A stretch of DNA of 46,739 bases from Stramenopiles sp. TOSAG23-2 (Eukaryota). Below, in pieces: positions 10,244 through 19,834 of this stretch (position 1 is its first letter; every line of letters begins with the position of its first letter). The notes beneath the pieces are model-generated. The model had not been told where the DNA came from and did not search any database. It saw only the letters and a list, made by a program, of their open reading frames with translations. The position numbers were made by a program, and so were the translations under genes. The stretch covers positions 1-46,739 of the forward strand of contig LT649279.1 of NCBI GenBank assembly GCA_900128395.1. The letters run 5' to 3'.

Positions 10244-12304
10244 GCGCTGGTGATAGTTGTCTAGACTTGCGTGTATGCTAAAAATGACATTTCTACCACG
10301 TTTCCCTGTAGACTCACCAAAATATAATCCAGACAAGTCATTAGTTGCTGCTTCTACTATTCTGACAAAAGCATTACGATTAATTAATTTAGATTCCATT
10401 GCTTTGATTGCCGCATCGACATAATTTCTATGAAATGTTAATCCATTATCAATGTAATGTTGCTTTAATTCACCATCACCAGTTGCATCTTTATCTTCAT
10501 TGATATTATGTATAAATACACCACGTACATTATTGTTCCCGTCCGAAACATCATCTTTTAATGCCATTAAACCCAACCGGGCATCACCTTGTCCACTATC
10601 ACCCAATATAACATAGTCGTATTCCGGAAACATATCACTGTATTCACGGAAGTTTGCATATTTTTTTTCTGCCATTTGCTGACTAGAGAATAAATGTTGA
10701 AATGAACCACTTAACAATGTTGCTTGTTTAGATACACCACTACGATTTAGCCTATTACTTGTCAATGTTGTAACAAGACTACGCCAACCTTTCGGTCTTG
10801 CAGTTAAAAATGCAACATTATTTATATCAACATCCTTTCCAACTGTATCTATTGAAAACTCGCGAGATATTGAACCAGCCTTTTTGTATTTTTCAATAGT
10901 GTTGGATACTTTTTCATCATGAATAAAATCATCAATGTTATCTTCGTCCTTTGGCATATTATTATTAAGATCGATTATCATATTATTATCATAATTGTTG
11001 TTGCTATTATTATTATATTCTATAAATAAATCATCATCTAATGCGTTTATCACATTTACATGGCTTGATATTTCTTTTTTTTTTTTAAGATTAGAATCCA
11101 TATTTATTCCTTTCCTATTAACATTACTACTTAAAGAATCGAAATCCCAAGCAAACTTCATGCTACTATCATCAATTAGATTTTCTTTTATAATGTTTTT
11201 ACGTTTTCTTAATTTTTCAATGCATCTTTTTATTGTAATTTCTAATTCTTTTACATCATCATCATTATTATTATTATTCTTATTATTATCAGTTGTCTTC
11301 ATAAATGAACTCATTTCAACTTCATCTAAAAATGCTTTTACACCTGGATAAACACAATTTCTAGGATATCTTCGATCATGTAAAACACAAAATATGGTAT
11401 CATCTATATCCGACAAAACTTTAATTGGCTTTGATTTATTTTTCAACAGTAGACCTTTTGTCAATAGTAACGCTTCATTTTTTATATGTTTTAAGATCTT
11501 TATTTTTAATTTTTCAGCTATGTCAATAAAAATTAATTTCTGCAAATTAAACCTTGTACCACCGGCCATCAGTAAATTTTTCAAATCTTTCAATTCCTCA
11601 CCATATGTATGTAAAATTAGTTTGCCAACAAAATCTTCAACATCACTATTATCTCTTATATTACCATTGGCATGCAATGATTTAATAATTGCACATTTAC
11701 TTTGGACGGATAATTCTTCCAGGCGCTTATCAGATAGTAAATGAATTAAAACTTTCATTGCATTTTTTTTCTTTTTCCCAGTAAATTGCTTAAATATCAA
11801 TGCAGCATTCATTGTTTTTCTTGGTGTTAATTTTCTTTCTTCGGTAATGTGGTTACTATTCATAACATCAAATGAATCTCTAAGTCTTCCTCTTCTGGTG
11901 CGACGATGTAATGAGGTTAACACTCGATTTAAATCTTCTTTTTTACAGTGGCGCAAAATCCATAATAATGCCTTTTCAATTCCAACTGAATTTCTATCAT
12001 TTGCCATATAACTTTTAGACTGCAACAATAGCTCAACAGTTTCTAATGTATTGAACATATTTTCATTTAAAAACGAATCACCGTTACTCAAATTTCCATG
12101 GACATCATCCCCTCTTTTGATGACAAATGACTTGTGAAAAAAACGCCGAGATATTTGTTGAATATTTTTATGCTTATTAGTGTCAGTTTTGACAAATAGT
12201 TTTCCATGGTATAGAATATTATTATTATTATTACTATTTACAGCAATACGTTTCGTTCGTATTGCAATTTGTCTTGCAATTGTAGAAATGGAACTTCGCA
12301 TCAT
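10205..12304 (-). CDS. HAD-superfamily phosphatase, phosphatidate phosphatase APP1/LNS2-like, possibly mitochondrial
   Basis: VLSDIDDT (DxDxT motif I), YPGV, FLTARP (motif II), K, and ILGDSGQGD (motif IV). The Arg/Ser-rich N-terminus resembles a transit peptide. Confidence 0.75.
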   Translation of the reverse strand: MMRSSISTIARQIAIRTKRIAVNSNNNNNILYHGKLFVKTDTNKHKNIQQISRRFFHKSFVIKRGDDVHGNLSNGDSFLNENMFNTLETVELLLQSKSYMANDRNSVGIEKALLWILRHCKKEDLNRVLTSLHRRTRRGRLRDSFDVMNSNHITEERKLTPRKTMNAALIFKQFTGKKKKNAMKVLIHLLSDKRLEELSVQSKCAIIKSLHANGNIRDNSDVEDFVGKLILHTYGEELKDLKNLLMAGGTRFNLQKLIFIDIAEKLKIKILKHIKNEALLLTKGLLLKNKSKPIKVLSDIDDTIFCVLHDRRYPRNCVYPGVKAFLDEVEMSSFMKTTDNNKNNNNNDDDVKELEITIKRCIEKLRKRKNIIKENLIDDSSMKFAWDFDSLSSNVNRKGINMDSNLKKKKEISSHVNVINALDDDLFIEYNNNSNNNYDNNMIIDLNNNMPKDEDNIDDFIHDEKVSNTIEKYKKAGSISREFSIDTVGKDVDINNVAFLTARPKGWRSLVTTLTSNRLNRSGVSKQATLLSGSFQHLFSSQQMAEKKYANFREYSDMFPEYDYVILGDSGQGDARLGLMALKDDVSDGNNNVRGVFIHNINEDKDATGDGELKQHYIDNGLTFHRNYVDAAIKAMESKLINRNAFVRIVEAATNDLSGLYFGESTGKRGRNVIFSIHASLDNYHQRLTISTSWPCRFI

Positions 12305-12907
12305 ACCACACTATATCTTACTATTAATATTATATATACAATGATTTACAACAATTTTGATTGTGGAAGATTTATTGTGTATCAGTTTCTTTGATCAGTG
12401 AATGTACAGTATAATATGTATATATATTTGGGTTGGCAACAAACAAATCTATACATCGTTGTTTGCCTTAAAACTTTGGAGGTATGGCATAGTTAAAATT
12501 TATAAGACTACAAAAATATACTTAATTTCAAAAATATAGGGGGGGTATTTCACAAAAATTTATATACAGCATTACAGCATTACGCACTCTCGAAACATCT
12601 CGGACTGTTCCCACTTTCTTATATTATATAATACAAGAACAACACTACTAACAAATATAAAATTTGGTGAAGGCTGGAATAATAAAAAAGAAGCTAGCCA
12701 GGGCTAGCCCAGCTAGCACACTATATATATAGATAGATAGGTAAAAAAAATAAAAACAGCATATTAATTAATAAATTACAATATATCGATAGTGCTATAA
12801 ATTAAATACTGTTTTCAAATAATGTATTGGTTAATTCCAATATAGCCAAAATAACTGGTGTAATATATTAATATCAAACTATAACTATATCTTGCCAAAT
12901 TGTACAT

Positions 12908-15622
12908 ATGGAGGGTAACAAATATGATAAGGAGGAAGATTCAAAAGTAGAAATAACGGCGGAAGTTTCAAAAGAACAGCTTCGCGATGAATTGAAAACT
13001 AATAGTGATGATAATACTAACAACGAACGAAACTCTGTAAAAATTAATTTATTATCAGAAAGGAACAATTATAAGTTTCCTATTGTACTCATAAATGATT
13101 ATTTTCAATCTAGCACTGAAAGTGACGACAAAGGTGCCTCCAGGAATTTCGAACGTGTAACCATAAAACCGTCTAAGAATAATAAGTTAATTGTTGTCAG
13201 CAATAACTTTTTCCAAAAATTTCAAATAAAAGAAAAAAAAGTCTTAGATTATGAGGAAGATTTGGCATTGTATTTCACAGGTTCAAAGTTGTTTCCCAAT
13301 AGTGATTGTATTTCAAGCTCATTTTTTGGTTTTGAGTATCAGGTACCATTGCATTTAAAAAAACGTACGAATAATTTGTATTTAGGAAACCTAGTACCAC
13401 TCCCACCGGCTAAGAAACCAAGTTCGCCGAAGAAAAAAAAGAAGGAAAAAAATAAAAAGGATAAAAAACGAAGTAGCCGTAGTCGTAGTGGCAGTCGTGA
13501 AAAAGGTGGTAGTAAAAGTCGTGAAAGTTCCTCTCCTAGTAAAAGTTCCTCGCAAACAAATGATGATAATGGTATAAATGTACTAAATGTAAAAGGTTGT
13601 GAGTATGTACTTTATATAAATGGCGATGAAAAGAAGGAAGCTATCGTAAATCAAAGCAATAAAAGAACGATAAAGCAATGTTTATTAGAATTTTTATGTT
13701 GTGAAGCTATGCAAGGTTTGAAAATACCAACTCGACTTGCATGTGGTGTTACTATGGATAAAGAAAAATTGAATGGGACAATTATGTACTTCTCAAAGTC
13801 GTATTTACATTTTGGTAATTTTTTAACGACGACGAGGAAATGCAATACTTCAGAATCGCAAAAAGAGCAACTTGAACATATTAAAAACTTAATTGATTCC
13901 TCCACGGAACTGTTTACACAATATGAACCAATATATAAAAATATTGATTCAACATTTGTAAAGGACCCAACTAATAAATACCTATTATTTTTTCGAAATG
14001 TAGTTGAAAATACAGCAAAATTAATAGGAAAATATCAAGCTATAGGTTTTGTACATGGAAATATAAGTTCTGAAAATCTAAGTATATGTGGCATTGGCAA
14101 TGGTTATGATATGTTTACTTTTATAGATGAATATGATATAAATTTTAAATCAAATTTAGTAGATAAAGTAGGATTGTATTCATTGAAAAATCAAAAACAA
14201 TCATGTAGACAAGAATGTGAAACAATTGGCCAATCAATCATGGCATTATTCACAGAATCAACAACGTCCAATGGAGGAGAAATAGAAAATAAAATAGTAG
14301 ATATCGATAATGAAAAACACTTTCTACCTACGCCACCAGAGGAGTTAGTTGAACATATTTTAATAAATTCATTTGATAAAGTATATGACGAGACATATTG
14401 GAATGAAATGAGGAAAAAAGCTGGTATACCAAGCAATAAAGGTGAGGTAGATATTATTTTGCTCCAAGAACTATTGAATTTAATGGATGAAAGTAAAGTA
14501 GATTATCACAATGTATGGCTAGCGCTTGAAAAATTCGATATTCCAATACAATGGCCATTTGAATGGGATCAAGCAAGGGATGTCACAAAGAAGGAAGATG
14601 CAGAAAAACTTGAAGAGCTATCCGAAGAACAAGATAAAATATTTGAAGAAGTTTTGGCTGATATTATGAAACAAGTTGCGACTCTTACTGAGAAAAAGGC
14701 AATGTTACGGAGATTATTATATACAGATACGACAATGGATAAATTTGTAAATCTTTCCATGTCAAATCCTGAAAATTTGTTTGTAAATCATACAAGCAAT
14801 AATGATTTGAATTACCACATGGGACTGCGGTTAGAAATATCTAAATTAAATGCAATAGACCCAGATGTATATTATAGAGAAATGAGACAAAAGTGGATGG
14901 CTTGGTTGCGAAAGTATTTACAAAGGCTAGAAAATGAAATTGATTACGATGCACTGTTCGAGAAGCCACCACCGGAACCAGAAGAACCAGAAGAAGTTAA
15001 ACCAGAAACTCCGTCTAAAAAGAGCAAAAAGAAGAAGAAAGGAGACAAAAAGGAGAAAAAAGATAAGAAGAAAAAGAAAAAGAAACTGAAGAAAAAGAAA
15101 TGGGGTAAAAAAACACCATACAAATTATCAACAAAAATGCACAAGCCTTTAGCAAAAAAACGTTTGGAATATTTAAAAAATAGAAATCCAAAGTTGATAT
15201 TACGCCGTTATATTGCAAAGGAGGCTATTGACGATGTAATTGAAAAAAATGATTATTCAAAATTACGTGCATTGGCGTTGGCATTAAAGAATCCATATGA
15301 CGAAACATTATATGAGAAATGTTTGAAAGATGTTAACGAAAAAAAGCTTGTATATGATGATTTAAGAGCGAGACGTTTAGGTGGTAGAGTACTTGCTGAA
15401 CATTTATCAACACGCCATGCCTCCAGCAATCGTGGTAGTAAAAAGAGTGATGATAATGATGGGGTATTATTTTTTCCATACGTGGAAGAGGAAAAGTTAT
15501 ATTTACGACAAATGCATATTGGTTTTAAATTAATCAATACTACAAAAAAGGTTACGTATCCATATATATTGGAAAAGCCACCTCCATGGGCAAGAGGCGT
15601 TTATGATTATGTAAAGATCTAG
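12908..15622 (+). CDS. SelO (protein adenylyltransferase) family-like protein, degenerate
   Basis: EFLCCEAMQGLKIPT, NTAKLIGKYQAIGFVHGN...NLSI, LLNLM..SKVDYHN, W..WL.KY..RL, NPKLILRRYIAKEAI, L.NPYDE and PP.WA occur in SelO order. Confidence 0.75.
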   Translation: MEGNKYDKEEDSKVEITAEVSKEQLRDELKTNSDDNTNNERNSVKINLLSERNNYKFPIVLINDYFQSSTESDDKGASRNFERVTIKPSKNNKLIVVSNNFFQKFQIKEKKVLDYEEDLALYFTGSKLFPNSDCISSSFFGFEYQVPLHLKKRTNNLYLGNLVPLPPAKKPSSPKKKKKEKNKKDKKRSSRSRSGSREKGGSKSRESSSPSKSSSQTNDDNGINVLNVKGCEYVLYINGDEKKEAIVNQSNKRTIKQCLLEFLCCEAMQGLKIPTRLACGVTMDKEKLNGTIMYFSKSYLHFGNFLTTTRKCNTSESQKEQLEHIKNLIDSSTELFTQYEPIYKNIDSTFVKDPTNKYLLFFRNVVENTAKLIGKYQAIGFVHGNISSENLSICGIGNGYDMFTFIDEYDINFKSNLVDKVGLYSLKNQKQSCRQECETIGQSIMALFTESTTSNGGEIENKIVDIDNEKHFLPTPPEELVEHILINSFDKVYDETYWNEMRKKAGIPSNKGEVDIILLQELLNLMDESKVDYHNVWLALEKFDIPIQWPFEWDQARDVTKKEDAEKLEELSEEQDKIFEEVLADIMKQVATLTEKKAMLRRLLYTDTTMDKFVNLSMSNPENLFVNHTSNNDLNYHMGLRLEISKLNAIDPDVYYREMRQKWMAWLRKYLQRLENEIDYDALFEKPPPEPEEPEEVKPETPSKKSKKKKKGDKKEKKDKKKKKKKLKKKKWGKKTPYKLSTKMHKPLAKKRLEYLKNRNPKLILRRYIAKEAIDDVIEKNDYSKLRALALALKNPYDETLYEKCLKDVNEKKLVYDDLRARRLGGRVLAEHLSTRHASSNRGSKKSDDNDGVLFFPYVEEEKLYLRQMHIGFKLINTTKKVTYPYILEKPPPWARGVYDYVKI

Positions 15623-15702
15623 AGAGGAGTAGAGCTTGTACGTAAATGTATGCATACTTCGTATCATTCATTTTTGTTATATATGCGAGAAAACTGTATG
15701 TC

Positions 15703-15754
15703 ATATATAAAATCGTATAAATTTCTTTATATATAAAATCGTATAAATTTCTTT
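15703..15754. repeat. Tandem duplication, 2 x 26 bp
   Basis: ATATATAAAATCGTATAAATTTCTTT at 15703-15728 and 15729-15754. Confidence 0.9.
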
Positions 15755-15863
15755 TACTCCCATTCGACATACGTATATATCATAAAAATATTATGTTGTG
15801 AAAAAATATACAAGGAATACGAAGTACATATATATCATATTTACTCAAACATCACCATCACCA

Positions 15864-17957
15864 TCAGCAATTCCATTCACCATTATCCACATCCTCGGGT
15901 AAGTCAGCCATTGCCATGTGCATGAAAACAGACTCTCTTCTTTTATCATCATTTAATTCATCAAATAAAGAGTCTTGTTCAAGCATAGTTTCATTATCTT
16001 CCATTTCATTTTCATGTTTCTCTTTCTCACTTCGTAAGTCTTTCGTGAAATCCATAGTTTTCAATTTTAACAATGTCATTGATTCTGCCAATCGACTGAA
16101 TGTAACTGGCCTAGCCATTAATTTTGCAAATGCTCCATCTCCTTTTGATCCATCACCAACTGCACCAAATGTTTTAACAATGCTCTCGTAGGCCATTGCT
16201 CTAAAGTACATAGTCGTTTCTTGCCTTTTAACGCTAGTAGGAAGAAGTGCAGTACAAACATCATGAAAATGCTCTAAGCGCATGGAGGTTGCCATTGATA
16301 GATCTCGATCTTGTACTTCATTTATAAATGCAATTGTTCTAGGATCTACACGATTACAAAACATATGCGCATACCATTCAATGATTATTTCCCTATTGGT
16401 AAATTTAATGCCATCAATTTCACGTGCAAAACGTTCTTGAAAAGCACGATTACCTTGATCGATAATACGAAAGATGTTGCTGACGGGTACATCTCCAACA
16501 TACAATCGTTTTAAAAATTCTCTCCGATATTTTTCTTTACCAAGGTCAAAATAAGGTTCGCATGATTTTGTAATGCGCATCATTTCAATCATCATTCGCC
16601 ATACATGGCTTGTGATAGTGCCATTTAATGCTTTATAATATAACATTAGCAATTCACATTTATCTTTGTACATATCCAAACATTTTAAATATGCGTTACA
16701 AGCACGTTGACCAGTTTCATCATCACCATAGATCCTATTAAAATGTTGCTCCATAAAATTTTCCAACGGAACATACCTGTCATAATTGGTTCCACCATAC
16801 ATACCTTTAACAGCGGATACTACTGTTACAGGGGCGGAATATGCATTGTTAAACATTAAATTAAATTCTTCAAGCAATTGAGGGAATGTTGGCAATGGAT
16901 GATTCCAATCATTGTTAATAATATCTTCTTTTGCACTTTGATCTTGTTGTTGCTTTTTTTTCTTTTTCATTCTTTTTCTTTCCTCTTTTTTATCCAACTT
17001 TGATGATAACGTCGGGATTTGCTCTTGTATTTGTTTACGCTCATAATTCAATTTTGAGACAGCTTGCGCAAATTCAATTTTTTGCTGTTCAATATATGTA
17101 CCAGACCGCGTTGTATCCCAACGAACGGTTTCATATGCTTTTAGTTTTTCATCATATAACATTTTCAATTGTCTCATTAACATTTCCAATTGCATTATTG
17201 AACGTCTTGGTTCATAATGTTTTTCATAATCACTTTGTCCATCGCTGCCAAACATCTTGAATGTTACTCGTATACCTTCAACCTTACTGCGATATTCTAA
17301 CAATCTACGTATTTGATCTTTCCCTTTATCAATAGTATTTTTCATCGCATTTAATTCTCGTTTAATCAATGCTTCTCCATGTATCGATTCATCCTCTTTT
17401 TTTTTTGTTTCGCGCCTTTCCTCGCGCAAGTCAGTCGTTGCCCGTCGTTCAATTTCTTTGGATTTCTTCAATTCATATTGAGTTTGCCTTAAGGTACGGG
17501 CAATGCTTTCCTTTTCTGCGACAGCCATTTTACGTTGTTCTAACGAAGCGCGTAACATTTCTTTCGTTTGCTTCAATTTACCTTTTGCCATAATTAAGGA
17601 GTTTACAAGTTGTTCCGTAATTTCATAGAATGGTTTATTATGTAAAGCACCTGTACTTGATGACGTATTATTATTATTATTATTATTATGTCCTACTGGT
17701 AGTAGCAAAGATGATAATACTTTGACATTTTTCTGAGGAATTATGGTATAATCATCTCTGCAAAATATTAAGCTACGTAAATGATTACTTAAAGTTCTTA
17801 ATACATTTCCGTATACACCAACTTCGCTTGATACTTCATTTAACGTTTCAATACAGTGGGTCGCTAGTAAAAATCTATCACCAGATGATGATATTTCTGA
17901 TAGTGCAACTTCTAAGGACAATGCTCGCGATGCGCGTGAGGATGTGGAGGATGACAT
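15864..17957 (-). CDS. Coiled-coil protein, possibly TSNAXIP1/CLHC1-like N-terminus (likely ATG at 17957)
   Basis: Long ORF; first ATG gives MSSSTSSRAS. Long heptad-rich K/E/R region. The N-terminal LEVAL...YGNVLRTL segment loosely recalls translin-associated factor X-interacting proteins. Confidence 0.6.
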   Translation of the reverse strand: MSSSTSSRASRALSLEVALSEISSSGDRFLLATHCIETLNEVSSEVGVYGNVLRTLSNHLRSLIFCRDDYTIIPQKNVKVLSSLLLPVGHNNNNNNNTSSSTGALHNKPFYEITEQLVNSLIMAKGKLKQTKEMLRASLEQRKMAVAEKESIARTLRQTQYELKKSKEIERRATTDLREERRETKKKEDESIHGEALIKRELNAMKNTIDKGKDQIRRLLEYRSKVEGIRVTFKMFGSDGQSDYEKHYEPRRSIMQLEMLMRQLKMLYDEKLKAYETVRWDTTRSGTYIEQQKIEFAQAVSKLNYERKQIQEQIPTLSSKLDKKEERKRMKKKKKQQQDQSAKEDIINNDWNHPLPTFPQLLEEFNLMFNNAYSAPVTVVSAVKGMYGGTNYDRYVPLENFMEQHFNRIYGDDETGQRACNAYLKCLDMYKDKCELLMLYYKALNGTITSHVWRMMIEMMRITKSCEPYFDLGKEKYRREFLKRLYVGDVPVSNIFRIIDQGNRAFQERFAREIDGIKFTNREIIIEWYAHMFCNRVDPRTIAFINEVQDRDLSMATSMRLEHFHDVCTALLPTSVKRQETTMYFRAMAYESIVKTFGAVGDGSKGDGAFAKLMARPVTFSRLAESMTLLKLKTMDFTKDLRSEKEKHENEMEDNETMLEQDSLFDELNDDKRRESVFMHMAMADLPEDVDNGEWNC

Positions 17958-18013
17958 CGGTGAGTTGGTAGATGAATAAATTATTAAATATATAGATTGT
18001 ATCTTGTTGTTCC

Positions 18014-18090
18014 ACAAAAATAATCATGTATATTAAAATATTATTTTTTATTACAAAAATAATCATGTATATTAAAAAATATTATTTTTT
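18014..18090. repeat. Tandem duplication, ~2 x 39 bp
   Basis: ACAAAAATAATCATGTATATTAAAA(AA)TATTATTTTTT at 18014 and 18053. Confidence 0.85.
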
Positions 18091-18515
18091 TTTATATTTG
18101 TTTGAATGAATTGAAGAAATTATCGTCGGATTATGATGATGATAGAAGAAATATAACTGCTGCTGGAGGATTTTAGATCTATGATCTATGTGCTGTGAAG
18201 CAAAGCGGCGAGGCATTATTATAGGACCTAAGATTATACTTGTATTGTACATATTATACCTGGATTAAACTCGACTAGAGCTACCGTGGTATGCTGGTAT
18301 ATGCCTGCTGGATAATATTGGAATAAGTCTGCTTTTTGTCGAACCATCCAAAAATACGCAATATAAATATAGTAATAATAATACGTGTTAATAATTACAA
18401 AAATATCAGGTATATAATACATAGATTCGATAAAAGGATAATAAATGTAGAACAGAATTTCAATATACTTTTTTGCAAAACAAATTATTCGATTAACGTT
18501 ATCATTATAAATATC

Positions 18516-19346
18516 ATGGGAAAGTTAACAAAAATTATTACTGGTGGTGTATTGGCCGGTTTGATTGTGCGATATGGATTACCTGAGGCACTGCGTTTAT
18601 TAGGCTTACATGCTCGATATGAAAATTACAACATTAAAGTTACAGGGAAAGCCCTAATTATAGCAACTAACCAGTCAAAGCTTGCACCGAGGGATCAGGA
18701 TACAGGTGTTGCATCTTCTGAAATCACGCATCCATACTATGATTTTCAAGATGCAGGTATGGATGTTGATGTTGGATCGATTAAAGGAGGACTGGTTCCA
18801 GTCGATCCATCTACAATCGGCTGGCTTATGTTGCAGACTTCAGAGCATTGCCGAAGGTCATTAACAGATAATGAATTTCAATCTAAAGTAAAAAACTCTC
18901 TTTCTATTTCTGATATCAATGTGAATGATTATGATATTATATATTTGGCTGGTGGATGGGGCGCTGCATATGATTTTGCGCAATCACCTGAACTAGGCGA
19001 ATTTATTACTCAGGCAAATGCTTCCAATAAATTAATTGGATCCGTTTGCCATGGTGCACTTGGCCTTGTAAATGCTAAAAAAGAAAATGGCGAACCTTTA
19101 TTGAAAGGGCGTAGGGCAACAGGGGTAACTGATAAACAGATAAAAGAATTGGATATTACTGTTACACCAAAACATCCAGAGACTGAAATGAGGAAAACTG
19201 GTGTCATTTTCGAATCAGAAACTGCATTTAAAGATCCATTTGCGCGCCATACAGTGGTCGACGGCAACCTAATAACCGGTCAGAATCAGAACGACGCAGG
19301 TCGTGTAGCTCAAGAATTGTTAAAGCTACTGAAATCAAAAATTTAA
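18516..19346 (+). CDS. DJ-1/PfpI (Hsp31-like glyoxalase III / class I glutamine amidotransferase-like) protein with N-terminal hydrophobic anchor
   Basis: ATG at 18516 (MGKLTKIITGGVLAGLIV). Motifs TGVASSEITHPY (catalytic E), YLAGGWGAAYD, SVCHG (nucleophile elbow) and VVDGNLITGQN. Confidence 0.9.
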   Translation: MGKLTKIITGGVLAGLIVRYGLPEALRLLGLHARYENYNIKVTGKALIIATNQSKLAPRDQDTGVASSEITHPYYDFQDAGMDVDVGSIKGGLVPVDPSTIGWLMLQTSEHCRRSLTDNEFQSKVKNSLSISDINVNDYDIIYLAGGWGAAYDFAQSPELGEFITQANASNKLIGSVCHGALGLVNAKKENGEPLLKGRRATGVTDKQIKELDITVTPKHPETEMRKTGVIFESETAFKDPFARHTVVDGNLITGQNQNDAGRVAQELLKLLKSKI

Positions 19347-19834
19347 AATGTGTTATTTTCTTTTTTCACATAAATTTTTTTTTGGGAAAAGCACAAAAGT
19401 GCAAAAGTGGGAAGTGCAAGGGTGCAAGTGCAAAAAACTAAAAAACCTAACCAAAAAAGGCGTGTGAAAGCCAACACAAAACCAGGTGTGTAAAGAGGAG
19501 ACCTTAAAAAAATGAATCTGTATATAATACTGTCAACTGTGAACTGTGATACTGTATTCCGAGTGTATACTCTGGGTAAGTTAAAAATGCATCGGGGATT
19601 ATTACAATTTAAATTAGGTCTATTTATACTTGTTGTGGTATTGTTTTGCCTATTATTTTACATGTACCAGATTATTTTATTATTACGCGTCGTCAATGTA
19701 AAAAATGTGCTCATGTGAATATATATCGATAATACTATAAAACGTATTATTAGAATTATGTGTACATCTATACAATAATACATACAAAACGTAGAGTGAT
19801 ATATATATATATATCTACACATCAATATCAAAAA

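Noticed and set aside
18336-18515. N-terminal extensions from non-ATG or upstream starts (18336, 19760, 18017, 30653, 43701)
   Set aside because: They translate AT-rich UTR-like sequence (I/N/Y-rich). Downstream ATGs give sensible N-termini.
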